A stretch of 63,671 bases of DNA, the filler included, from Octopus bimaculoides (Eukaryota): the NCBI RefSeq assembly GCF_001194135.2. It is 4 parts of 4 records of this genome, joined end to end, with 100 filler letters (N's around TTAATTAATTAA, not from the genome) between each part and the next. Parts side by side here need not be neighbours in the genome. Positions count along the whole stretch, not along the records: positions 1 to 27,319 come from NC_068999.1; 3 more parts are not named here. One strand, written 5' to 3'. A program made the translations under genes and the position numbers. The notes beneath the pieces are model-generated. The model did not search any database and was not told the DNA's origin. It worked only from the letters and a program-made list of their open reading frames with translations. Positions 13,152 through 25,700 of this stretch are shown here, piece by piece. Numbering within the stretch: the first letter of the stretch is position 1; the number at the start of each line of letters is the position of its first letter.

Positions 13152-13210
13152 CCATCACCACCACCATCATCATCATCATCATCATCATCATCACCATCAT
13201 CATCATCATC
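13010..13210. repeat. (CAT)n/(CAC)n trinucleotide microsatellite flanking a gap
   Basis: Directly visible repeat. Confidence 0.95.
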
Positions 13211-13351
13211 GTTTAATGTCTATTTTCCATGATGTTATGGATTGGACAGTTCGACATGAGCTGGCAAACCAGAGGGTTCTACCATGCCCACTAAATCTGC
13301 ATTGATTCTATTAACAGGAACTTTGAGAGCATCCTCTGGCAATCTTGATTC

Positions 13352-13710
13352 TCGCGGTCATAGGATCGCGGTTTCGATTCCCAGACCGGGCGTTGTGAGC
13401 GTTTATTGAGCGAAAACACCTAAAAGCTCCACGAGGCTCCGGCAGGGGATGGTGGCGAACCTTGCTGTACTCTTTCATCACAACTTTCTCTCTCTCTCTT
13501 ACTTCCTGTTTCTGTTGTGCCTGTAATTCAAAGGGTCAGCCTTGTCACACTGTGTCATGCTGAATATCCCCAAGAACTACGTTAAGGGTACACGTGTCTG
13601 TGGAGTGCTCAGCCACTTGCACGTTAATTTCACGAGCAGGCTGTTCCGTTGATCGGATCGACTGGAACCCTCGTCGTCGCAACCGACGGAGTGCCAACAA
13701 CAACAACAAC
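13352..13710 (+). mobile_element. SINE with (CAA)n tail, copy 2
   Basis: B-box GGTTTCGATTCC near 13370; body matches 7950-8210; ends 135 nt upstream of the PYROXD1 ATG. Confidence 0.8.
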
Positions 13711-13845
13711 GAAAGTAAATATTACTGTCTTCTAAAAATTACGTCAACAGGACTTTAAAAGAAAGGTTTACTATAATTCCCTCGACACCGGTAATAGCAG
13801 TTGTGTCCCATTATTGCAACAGCTGATGATCGATTTCCAAGGAAG

Positions 13846-13914
13846 ATGAATGTCTCAAAAGCGAAATATGTCGTTATTGGTGGAGGAATTGCTGGTGTGA
13901 CTTGTGCTGAGACG
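13846..13914 (+). CDS. PYROXD1: PYROXD1 exon 1 ([23 protein letters not shown])
   Basis: FAD-binding GxGxxG motif; donor GTAACA at 13915. Confidence 0.92.
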
Positions 13915-16900
13915 GTAACACTAATACATAATTCTATGTGGGATCATTTGAAGCTTAGTGTAATTAACTTTATTAGTATCAGACAATTCGTTTTAATTTA
14001 TTATCTTAGTATTGAAATATTGATGATAGAGTATATTTTACGGTAAAGGGATAAGGTCAGTGTCCTCTGGAACGACATTCCATGTCAGTTTAAACGACTG
14101 TCAACTAGCCGGCGAGGAAGTGATCGCGCTTCCTGCTAGAAATACCAGCCAAATCTATCTCAACGCTTCGCCGTCTTACATAAAAAAAAAGATGATACAT
14201 CGGACAGTGTAGTCCAGGATTTACAAAAAAAGGAGATGATCAAATATCGACCGTCTTGGGTCTCAGATCAGCTCAACCAGAGGTAATTTGGGGCTAAGCA
14301 TTTTGCCCGTGGTGCTAATGGTTCTGCCAGGTCACCTACCCTAAGCAGAGACGTATAATAACAAATAATTATCTTCTGCAAAGAGAATGTTTTGTAACTT
14401 TTGGTCGATTAAGATTGGAAGGATGATGACAGAATTAATGAAAGCAACTACATCAATACATCATCTTTTGCCAGATACTGTTTTTAGCCCCAGGTGGGCC
14501 CTAACTGAACATACCAAAGTCCTTTGATCATAGGTGACAACTGTCACCATCCCATCTATTTTTAGGAATGCTGTATCTTGGATTACATTATTCAATGTGT
14601 TTTATTTTTCTGTTTGAAGGCAGCAGGGTGTGATTTTTAGGTCAGACTTGACTGCTATATTTAGCAAGCTAATTAACTACACAGCTTGTATTTAGTCTAT
14701 TATTTTTGGGTTCCAAATTTGTGTTCTAATTCCTCATCCAGATTGTCTTAAAAGCATTACTTTTATTCTAACCCATAGCAAACATTGAAAGTGTTTTGTA
14801 CAGTCTAAACCAACCTTCAACTGCAAATTAAGAAAATTATATTTAATTATACAGTATATAATTATTACTATCCTGGTACAAAGTGTGCCAGCAAGCGCTG
14901 TCTTGGTCATAGACATAATAGAGTACCATTGACTGGATACAAAACTAATTAATTTTGCAGTTGGCAGTCGACCATCCTCCTGAACAAACCATCTTTGACT
15001 CAGAAATGTCAGAGATGAATGGCCTCAATTGGGAGAATAAAGAACTATGGACAGTTCTTTATTTTCTTTATTTTTCTTTAACATTTGTTTCCGTCATTGG
15101 ATTGGGGCACAGCCTTGTAGGGGTTTGTCAAAGAAATCGATCCTGGTCCTTATTTTCAAGTTTGGTACTTATTCTAGTGGTCTGTTTTGCCAAACTGCTA
15201 AGTTACACGGATGTAAACAAACCAACACAGGTTGTCAAGCAATGGTGGCGACAAACCCACACACACATACGTACATAAATACACACATACATAATACATA
15301 CACACATACATAGATACATACATACACACACATGCATGCAAGAATGCATACATATACATGCACCTTTGATAAGTTCTAGTGCACCTGAGCACTGTGCACA
15401 ATAATTAAGGTGGCAAGCTGCCAGAATCGTTAGCACGCCGAGCGAGATGCTTAGCAGTATTTCATCTGTCTTTATGTTCTGAGTTCAAAATCTGCTATGG
15501 TCAACTTTGCTTTCATCCTTTCGGGCTCGATAAATGAAGTACCAGTTGCGTACTGGGGTCGATGTAATCAATTTAACTCCTTCCCCCAAATTCGATGCCT
15601 TGTGCTTCCAGTAGAAGGGATTATACACAATTTCATTATTATTATTATTATTATTATTATTACTACTATGCATTCATACGTACATACACACATACACACG
15701 CACTCATACATAAATACATAAACACATACATACATATGTATGATGAGCTTCCATTAGTTTCCATCTACTACATCCACGTCCCAAATTCGATCTCATTGTG
15801 TGGCATCTTGGACAAACTTGAACAAACATCATTTTCTTACAGCCTTGTGAGTGAATTTTGGGCTGAAGGTAACAGTACAGAATCCTGTCTGGTGGTGGAT
15901 TGTATCTCGAATTCAAAATGTACAACCCAGTCATACTGTCTTGCTGATTCTGGCTGAGAATTACATTAAGAATACATGTGTCTGTGGAATACTCAGTCAC
16001 CAAGAATTAATTCAAAATAATGTGAATCAATAAGCATTACTTTTGATAATAATTTGAATGCTAAAGAGTTAAAGCATGAAGTTTGCCTCATAAGAATCAT
16101 AGAATGAAACACACCCTCAGACAGATCGCTACCAAAAAGGTTGAATAAGATACCTTTCATTTCTTTATGATTGTAAAGAATGATTTTGAGATGTGGCTGC
16201 TATTTCTTGTCAAATAATTTTGAGCGGTTGTTCTTCGTGAAATGAAGCTGAAATTTTTTTGTTCTCACAAAGAGCATGTATGCATCAAACTCTAAACAGT
16301 TTATGGAATTTTCTACTTTCAGCTTTCATGGTTATGTCCAGAAGAAACTATAATTCTTTTGTCTGCATCGAGTCTGGTGAAAGCTGTTACAAATTTCAAT
16401 CAGGTAAATTAATATTATTAATTTCAATCAGGTAAATTAATATTATTTTTTGTCTTCAGGTAGCAGAATCATTAGCATGTCAGGCAAAATGCTTAGCGCC
16501 ATTTCATCTGTCTTCATGTTCTGAGTTCAAATTCTGCCGAGTTTAACTCAGCCTGTCGTCGTTTCAGAGTCAATAAAATAAGTACCAGTTGTGCACTGGG
16601 GTTGATATAATCAACTTAACCTTGACCCCAAAATTGTGGGCCTTGTGCTAGAATTTGAAACCAATATTATATTTTGTCTTTTATTTTCTATCTTTCACTT
16701 TTTTCAGTCATTCGACTGTGGCCATGCTGGGGCACAGCCTCTAAGGGTTTTTAGTTGAACAAATTGACCTCAGCACTAATTTTATTAAAGTCTAGTACTC
16801 ATTCTATCTCTTTTGTTGAACTGTTAAGTTATGAGGGATGTAAACAAACCATCACTGGTTGTGAAGTAGTGAAATTGTGGGTGTGTGACAAACACACACA

Positions 16901-19900
16901 CACACATGGGCTTCCACACAGTTTCCATCTACCAAATTCAATCACAAGGTATTATTCAGCGATAATCCATTCAAAATTTGAAAACCTGATTTATGTTATT
17001 TCAGTTGATATTCCTGAATATCTTTTAATGAATTTAATATTCTTTTATTAAAACTGCAATAAAGGAATTCTGTAATATATTCTTTGCCATTGTCATCATA
17101 TGATTGATGTTTGTATAGGAAAATTCATCAGACTCTTAGTAACATGGAATTTATGACAGCAAATATATTTTACATTTGATTCATTCTTCTAAAATGTTGC
17201 TAAATGTTTCATTTTTATTGTCATTCCTAACTGAGCCGACAAAATGTTGGTTTCACTACTTCAAAATGAGTTAAATCTTTCGTATCTTATTGTTGATGTG
17301 AAGCAGTGTTCAAAACCAAGATAGATAACTCTTGTCAGTCCAGTCCTCATAACTTTGAACAGGTACCATTCGTTAACAAACTGGTTTTCAAAATTAACAG
17401 GCTCCAACCCCACCACCAACCCCATCACAACAACAAACACCTTCAAAAAATACCAGTGACGTTTTTTTTTAGCTCTTTCCCCTTTATTAATGAAATAACA
17501 ACCAGAGCCGGCCTTCTATAATTCTTCTTATTTTGCTTCTGTGTTGGACAACTTTAAAAATTTGGAAGTCCAGCTTAGTGGCATTTCTTCCAACTCTTTA
17601 CATTCTGAGTTCAAATGCTGCCAAGGCCAACTTTGTCTTTCATTCTTTGTGATAGTAGAATTGAAAAAAGTGGCCAAAGTTGTCAGGAGTAGCATTGGTG
17701 AATTTCAGGAAACATGGAATTTTTGAAGAATTCAGTGTTCTGATCATTAGCATAGCTGGGAGGGGGGGGGGCAGTAGGGGCGGTCCGCCAGGTGGCACTT
17801 TTGGGTCTGCTGTAGGCAATATGTGTTTTTTGTGGGGTCCAGAGACTGTAAACAGAAGGGGTGCCCCAGGTGGCACACACTCTACCTACACTAGTGGTTC
17901 TGACAGTAGCCAACTAATGTAGACCGCTTATTCCATGTTTTGACAAAAGTGAATATGAAAATAAAAAAATGTTTCCAGAAGTTAATAATACCATTTTGTT
18001 TATCGTTTCAGATTTCAAAGACTCTAGAAGTCTTTGATGTGGAAGAAAAATCTTTTGCTGAAATCGAAACGGTCAATAAGAACATTGTGATATTACACAA
18101 AGAAGTCGTATCTTTGGATTCAGTGGAACAGGTACAGTTTCATAACAACATCCAGCTTAACATGTTATAAATGTATTTTTCAAAATATATTTTCATATTT
18201 TCAAATTCCCACTGGATCCTGGTAATTAAATGATGCTTTTCATGTTGCAACTGAGAACAGGACCAGTCCTAGGTTTGCTGGTGCCGTCGAAATTGCTGGC
18301 CTTGTGCGAAAATTTGAAATTATCATTTTTATTTATATTTCAAAAAATTACAGTTTTGAAATATTTTTGCATGGATTAAAATGTTGACAATGTATAAAAG
18401 TATATGTGTATATGTGCTTTTGTGTGTGTGCGTGCACATACATGCGTGCATGTGTTATTTTGGTAAGCAAGTTATTAAGTATTAAATATAAACTTAGATG
18501 CATAGGAATTATTTGGAAGTTCATATTGAACCACTTGATTTCAGATCATTTAAACAAAATATTCATATAAATACCCTTTTTTTCATATTTATTTAGAACA
18601 TTAAAACCGCTGATGGAAGTGAGATTTCATATGAGAAACTGTGTATTTGTACAGGTGGTAAACCAAAGGTGAGTCACCATTTCACTTTTATGTTGCCAGT
18701 GTTTGGGTTAGTGAAGGTTGTGTCGCAGCAGAGAAGAGACCACGCCTGAGTGATTCATGTTTTGTCAATGTGATTGGGTTGATGGATACCTGGAGACAAG
18801 TATGTTACCTGCTTGCTGACAAATGAATGTGTGCATGTAAAAAATGCGACACATAAAAAGCACCATTCAAGTGTTAGGCTTCACAGATGCAATGTGGTTG
18901 ATGCTGGTGCCATGCAACTGGCACCCATGTTGGTGGCATGTAAAAGCACCCATTACATTCTCGGAGTGGTTGACGTTAGGAAGGACATCCAGTCATAGAA
19001 ACCATGCCAAATCAGACTGGAGTTTGGTGCAGCGCCGTCCAACCCATGCCAACATGAACAACGGGTATTAAATGATGAATGTTGAGAAGATAAGTCAAGC
19101 TAAGTGAATCGTGGTTGTTGCTAATGATGGTGATATGTGAAAGGCACCGGTGCCAGTCCCACATAAAAGGTTCTCATGCCAGTGACATGTGAAAGACACC
19201 CAGTACGCTTTGTAAAGTGGTTGGCATTAGGAAGGGCATCCAGCTGTAAAAGCCGAACCAAAACAGATGGCTGGAGCCTGGCACAGCTCTCTGGCTTACC
19301 ATTCTCAGTCAAACCGTCTAACCCATGCCAGCATGGCAAATATATATACGACGATGATGATGATGAGGAGGAGGAATGTCGAATGGTGTTTAGGCATCAT
19401 CAGAATGTTGAAATTTGGTACAGTTAGTGTTGAGTAGAGGCTGGATGTAGTCAGAGTGCTGAGTGGAGTTTACTTGTAGCCAATATTGAGTGTAGTCAAG
19501 AGTATTGAGTCAAGTTTTCTTGTAATTAACAGATTTAAAAATTCTATTCGAGTTATTTGTTTGGCCCCCAATTTTACCACCCTTGCCTCATATGTAGGAG
19601 CAACCCTACTTCGTGATCTTTGTGACTAAATTAATATTCATTTTTCTGTATCTGTTTTCTGTAGGTAATTGTAGACAGTCCTTATGTTCTTGGAATCAGA
19701 GATACTGAAAGTGTTCAAGTGAGTAAAATAAAAATAAGTTTTAATCAAAGCCCGTCATATATATGTGTATATATATATGTGTGTGTCTGTGTTTGTCCCC
19801 CCAACATCGCTTGACAACCGATGCTGGTGTGTTTACGTCCCCATAACTTAGTGGTTTGACAAAAGAGACCGATAGAATAAGTACTAGGCTTACAAAGAAT

Positions 19901-21338
19901 AAGTCCTGGGGTCGATTTGCTCGACTAAAGGCGGTGCTCCAGCATGGCCACAATCAAATGACTGAAACAAGTAAAAGAGTAAAAGAGAATGTTCAATCAT
20001 AAAAATATAATAAGAGTCTTTAGACATCATATGGCTATGAAGGTACCCCTCACTCCGAGTTGGTGGGGGACTCTAATAGCCATAGGAATCAAAGAGGTCC
20101 ATAGATAAAAAATGGACCTACTCGAGAGATACACACACACACACACACAGACAAATAAAAATAAAAAAAGAAACACAAAATAAGCTCTGTAAATACAAGT
20201 CTCTTGTATTGAGTGTCTTTCTCATTCCATCTGACCATTTTTTTTGTTTTTTGTTTCATTTCAGACTTTTCAAGAAAAACTTTCTTCAGCTAGGAGGGTC
20301 ATAATTATTGGAAATGGTGGAATAGCTACAGAAATGGTGTAAGTAATTATGGAATTCCTTATTCCTTTTCATTCTTTTGGAGTCAATAAAATAAGTACCA
20401 GTTGTAACCAACTTACCCCCTCCCCCCAAAATGCTGACCTTGCACCAAACTTTGAAACCATTATTAATATTATAATTACTTTAACCATTTCTGGTATAAG
20501 CTCTTATGCACTTTTTACTCCAAGACCTTCAGGTGCCATGTGAAATGGAACCAGTTCTGAGCAGTTCATTCTGAACATGGTTTTTTGTTTAGAATGACCT
20601 TTCCTGGAAGGGTAACCATTTATAGCCGTACTCCATTTGTACTTGGCTCTTAGCTCAAAGCTGGGACAATGGTTGAGTGATGCCAGGGTATGTTCAGAGA
20701 CTGGTGGGCTGTATGCATTCTACCTTGGGCCTACTACTGCTCGGATATGCACTAAATTTTAGCCTGGGAGCCACAAGGTTCACAGTTAACACATGTGACC
20801 TTTAGATGGCACTGCAGGAGTCTTCATGCTAGAGACCTTAAACAACAGTGCAAAGCCCTAAAAATGGAGAAAGCTGCTATTGAAAACCCTATTCTTTTAG
20901 TAGCAAGTCTGTATACAAACCATGCTACAAACAGTGGGGCAAATCCCTACTGCAGGGGACAACATGAAAATGAAATCCCAAAGAAGGGAAGGTTAAATAC
21001 GACTACGGAGTGTATTCTAATACTTTGCCCTGCAAAAATTATTGGGGAATTGCAAGATGTCTGGAGGCCTGAAACGGTTAGAGATGCCATTGGAGGGCTT
21101 ATCTGAAGGTAACTTAAATAATGGTTTCTGATTTAGGTACAAAGCCAGCAATTTTGAGGGGAGCGCTTAGTTGAAACCATTGACCCCAGTACTTCACTGG
21201 TACTTTGTTTTATTGAGCCCTCAAGGGACAAAAGACAAAGTTCATCTTGATGGTATTTGAACTCTTTTCCTATTGCTCAAACAATTCTACCAGCTCACCT
21301 CTTTGAAAGTGACCTAAGTAATATAAACAAATACTACA

Positions 21339-21379
<41 letters not shown>

Positions 21380-22716
21380 TAATAACAACAATACATATTT
21401 GCAATTAATGTCATTTATTTTCCCTTTTGGTTTGGAATCAAATATCTTCTTCCACCTCTTTATTAGACTTATTAATCTGTGTGATTCTCTATTGATTTTT
21501 TTTAGATATGAGATTGAAGGGTGTTCAGTGATTTGGGCAATCAAAGACAAATCAATCAGCAGCACTTTTGTGGATGCTGGCGCAGGAGAATTCTTCTTGA
21601 AGAAACTAAACAAGAAAAAAGAACAAAAGAAACCAATTTTAAAGAGAATGAAATACAACATCAGTGGTGAATATGCAAATTTATTTTTTATTTCTTCTAT
21701 ATTTTACACATTTTTTTATATATTGGTTATTTGTTTTTGGATGCTAATTAATTTTATCCTTTGTTTTGTTTATTTTTATCACTAGCTTTGTTTTTGTTTT
21801 TGGCATAATTGGGTCGTTAAGAAGTTTGATTCCACTGTGATGATAACGACGATTATGGTGAAAATATTAGTCGAGGACAGCTGCATAAAGAAGTGCTGAG
21901 CTCTAATTGGGGAGGGTACCTGTGGAAGGGGTAGATCCAGGAAGACATGGGATGAAGTGGTGAGAAAGGATCTTCAGATGTTGGGTCTCACTGAAGAAAT
22001 GACAAGAGACCAGGAGATGGTCCCTTTCCTGTAGTTGATAAGACACATCAAGCTAAGTAAAATTGCTGTCTTCCACACATGCAGACTTGTCCTTTCAGGT
22101 GCCAGTGCCACTTAAAATGCACCTGTGCCAGTGCCACTTAAAAACTCACCTGTGCTGGTGCCGCATAAATGCACCCTTGCTGGTGGCATGTAAAAAGCAC
22201 CCAGCACACACTCTTAAGTGGTTGGCATTAGGAAAGACATCCAGCCATAGAAACCATGCTGCAACAGACGGTTGGGATCTGGACAGCTCCCTACTAGCCA
22301 GCTCCATGTCAAACCATCCAACCCATGCCAGCAAGAAGAGCAGACGTTAAACGATGATGATGATGATTTGGTGGTCGTCATTGTCATCATCATGACAGTG
22401 GCAGCAACAACTGGTTTATTTTGCTCTGTATTTAATATGTTCTCATCTTATTAACTGTTGATTTCATGCATATGTAATCTTCTAGTAATTAATCTGTGTT
22501 TCATTGTTGTTGTTTTTAAAATAATATTTAAGAAATAATGTTCCTAATGATTCTCATTAATGAAGTGCTCACTTGTGCTGTTTGTTTTCAGCTGCAGACA
22601 AAGCTTCAAAGTCTGTTTTGGGTGGAGCCTTAGGACCAGACTGGTCAAGCAATTTAGTCATGTCAGGAGTCCAAGCAGTAAGTTGGATTGTAATCATGAT
22701 AATAATTCTTTTTTTG

Positions 22717-22755
<39 letters not shown>

Positions 22756-25700
22756 AGTGGAGGTTGAAAAGTTCCTGGTTTTAGGTAAAAGAAAATACTG
22801 GAGGATCAGTTAATTATGATGTTATTCAACATATTCCCCTATCAGATTCACACACCATTTTATTTAAGCTGTGTAAAAGAACCCAGAAGGTTGGACCTCC
22901 AACCAGGCCTTTTGCAATATTCTTAATCCTTTCGTTACCAAACCCGACTGAAACTGCCTCTGGTTCTGTAGTACAAATGTCTTGTTTTCATAAGTTTTGA
23001 ATTAAAATCTTCCACCAAACCTTAGTCACAATTTATGTTCCTAACACTAGCGTAATAATAACTAAGTTATTTTACTAAATTCTTTGTTATATTTAAAAAT
23101 TAATTCAAAGAAACACAGAGCATCTCAAAATAAATACAGTAACGAAAGGGTTAAAGTCAGGAACTTTTCGGCACCCCTTTGTACATTCGATAGAGTAATC
23201 TGAATGCCAAAGGGTTAATGTTTAGAAATCCTTATTTTGTGATGCGTCCTGAATGTTTTTCATTGGATTGGTTCCCTTTACAGATCTCCCACAATGTCCA
23301 TGTAGAATTTCAAGTGGAAGTGGAAAAAATTTTATCTTCTGATGAATTCAAAGAATCTGGAAAACAAGAGACTTGCTCTTCTTTTGAAGATAAAGACAAT
23401 GTGACAACAAGTATGGAAAGTTTATACCTTGTGCTTACTTATAAACACACACACATACAAATATTTCTTTCCATGATGCTCTCTGATATCTTCTCATCTC
23501 TCAATCATTCCTCTCACTCTATCACCCGTCACTCTGTTCCCTCCTCTAATTATCTCACTCCAGCACTGTATCTTTTCCATTCCTCCTCACCCCCCTCTCA
23601 CTCTCATCATTGTTTCCCTCTCCCCCCTTACTCTTCCTCCATCCCCAACCCGCTCTCACCTCTGTTCGAGATATTTCCTTGAAGGAATGGAGACATCATA
23701 GACCACTGATGACTCTTTGGGTCTTGTGGGACACAAGGCAACCTCTCTGCTGGCGCCATGATGAAATGCAGTCCTTTATGTTCTTCAAAATAGTTGATGT
23801 TGGGAAGGGCGTCCAGCCATAGAAACCACAATAAGGAAGGTTTTGAGTGAGATGTGGCCCTCTGGTTTCGTAGGCGAGCAGCAACCCTGAATAAAAACTA
23901 ATTCAGATCATAACTCATCTAACCCATACCAGCATGGAAAGCTGACATAAAAATGATGATGATGATGATATATCCATATATCATCATCATCATCATCACG
24001 ACCAGCTTTGTATTCAAGTACCATGTTCTTCACCTTGTTTTGCACTTATTTGCACTTGTATATATCTCACTACCTGGAATCACTTCCTTTGACATCCAAG
24101 TTCACTTTTTAACACCGTCCCTCTCCACTCATACTTCACATTGATTGTCCTTCTATGCTAACAGTTACCTCTCCCTCTCTCTTGAAACACTTCGCTTTCA
24201 ACTCACCCCCTATTTTATGATAATTTATTTGTTAATTTTCAGCTGATTGGCCAATCTATGCGCTTCTAACAAATGGTAAAGTCTATGGCTGTGATTTTGT
24301 AGTGAGTGCTACAGGTGTGGTGCCAAACACAGAACTTCTTCTTCAGGGAAATTCTGTAAGTATTTTGTATAATATATTAATATATTAATACTCGTTTATA
24401 TGTGTGTGTGTGGACACATATATATATATATATATATACATGAATATTTGTTCTTATGTCAGTTTTTCCATGCGAGCATGGGTTAGGTGAATATATTAAT
24501 TGAAGCATTGTTTAACCTGTTTGTTAAGTAAGGGATCTCAAGTTTAACTCAGATTCTGAGCCTGACTCAAACCTTTCCTTCTGTTTTAGTTTGACCGTAG
24601 TGAAGATGGTGGAATTAAAGTCAATTCAAAGATGCTGACTTCAGTACCAAATGTTTTTGCTGCTGGAGATGTCTGTACTCCTTCTTGGAAACTTGCTGAA
24701 CATTGGTTCCAGGTAAGTGAGAAAACGAATTGATATCTTCTGTATTGTAATTTCATGCTGCCATTGGTGTGGACTTGTTCAGCTTCAGTCGAATAAATAC
24801 TTTCTTCTACATATCTTAAGTACTGAGCATGGTCATTGCCAGTGCCGCTGGACTGGCCCCCATACAGGTAGCACATAAAAACACCTTTTGAGCATGGTCA
24901 TTGCCAGAACCACCTCACTGGCCCTCATGCTGGTGGCATGTAAAAGCACCCACTACACTCTTGGAGTGGTTGGTGTTAGGAAGGGCATCCAGCTGTAGAA
25001 ACTTTGCCAGATCAGATTGGAGCCTGGTGTAGCCTTCTCTTGTATATATATATGTATATATACATGTATCTTTTTTTTATTAGATGCGTCTTTGGACTCA
25101 AGCAAGGCAGATGGGGGCTTATGCTGCTAAATGCATGGTTGCCAGTGAAAACCAGGAAGATATAGAAATGGATTTTTGTTTTGAGTTGTTCTCACACGTC
25201 ACTAAATTTTTCAATTCCAAGGTAAATATACTTCTTCTTCTTCTTGGAAATCTTTGTTAATGCTCACATTCTTTAATTCTTCAAAACTTTTTTTTGCTGC
25301 ACTAAAATTATGGTCTTTCCATTCCCGTTTACTCCAGGTTATCCTGCTTGGCAAATTCAATGCCCAAGGACTTGGTAACAATTATGAACTTCTTCTAAGA
25401 GTAACAGAAGGTAGGTACCATAAGTGGCAGATCTGTTTGCCAGGTGTCTCTTACAGTCGAGGCTTAGATGTTTCACGTTCCCATTCGTTGGACAGTTTTG
25501 TTTAGATTCTAAACAAAACTCTCTGACGAATGGGAACGTGAAACTCTGAGTAACAGTTTTTGTGATATTTTTGCTTCTTTTTAATAAAGCATATTACTCT
25601 ACCTCTGGTATTCGAGTACTATTTTTTCCACCTTGTTTCACATTTATGTGCTCACTCTGCTATATATATATATAAACATAAACAATATATTGACAATATT

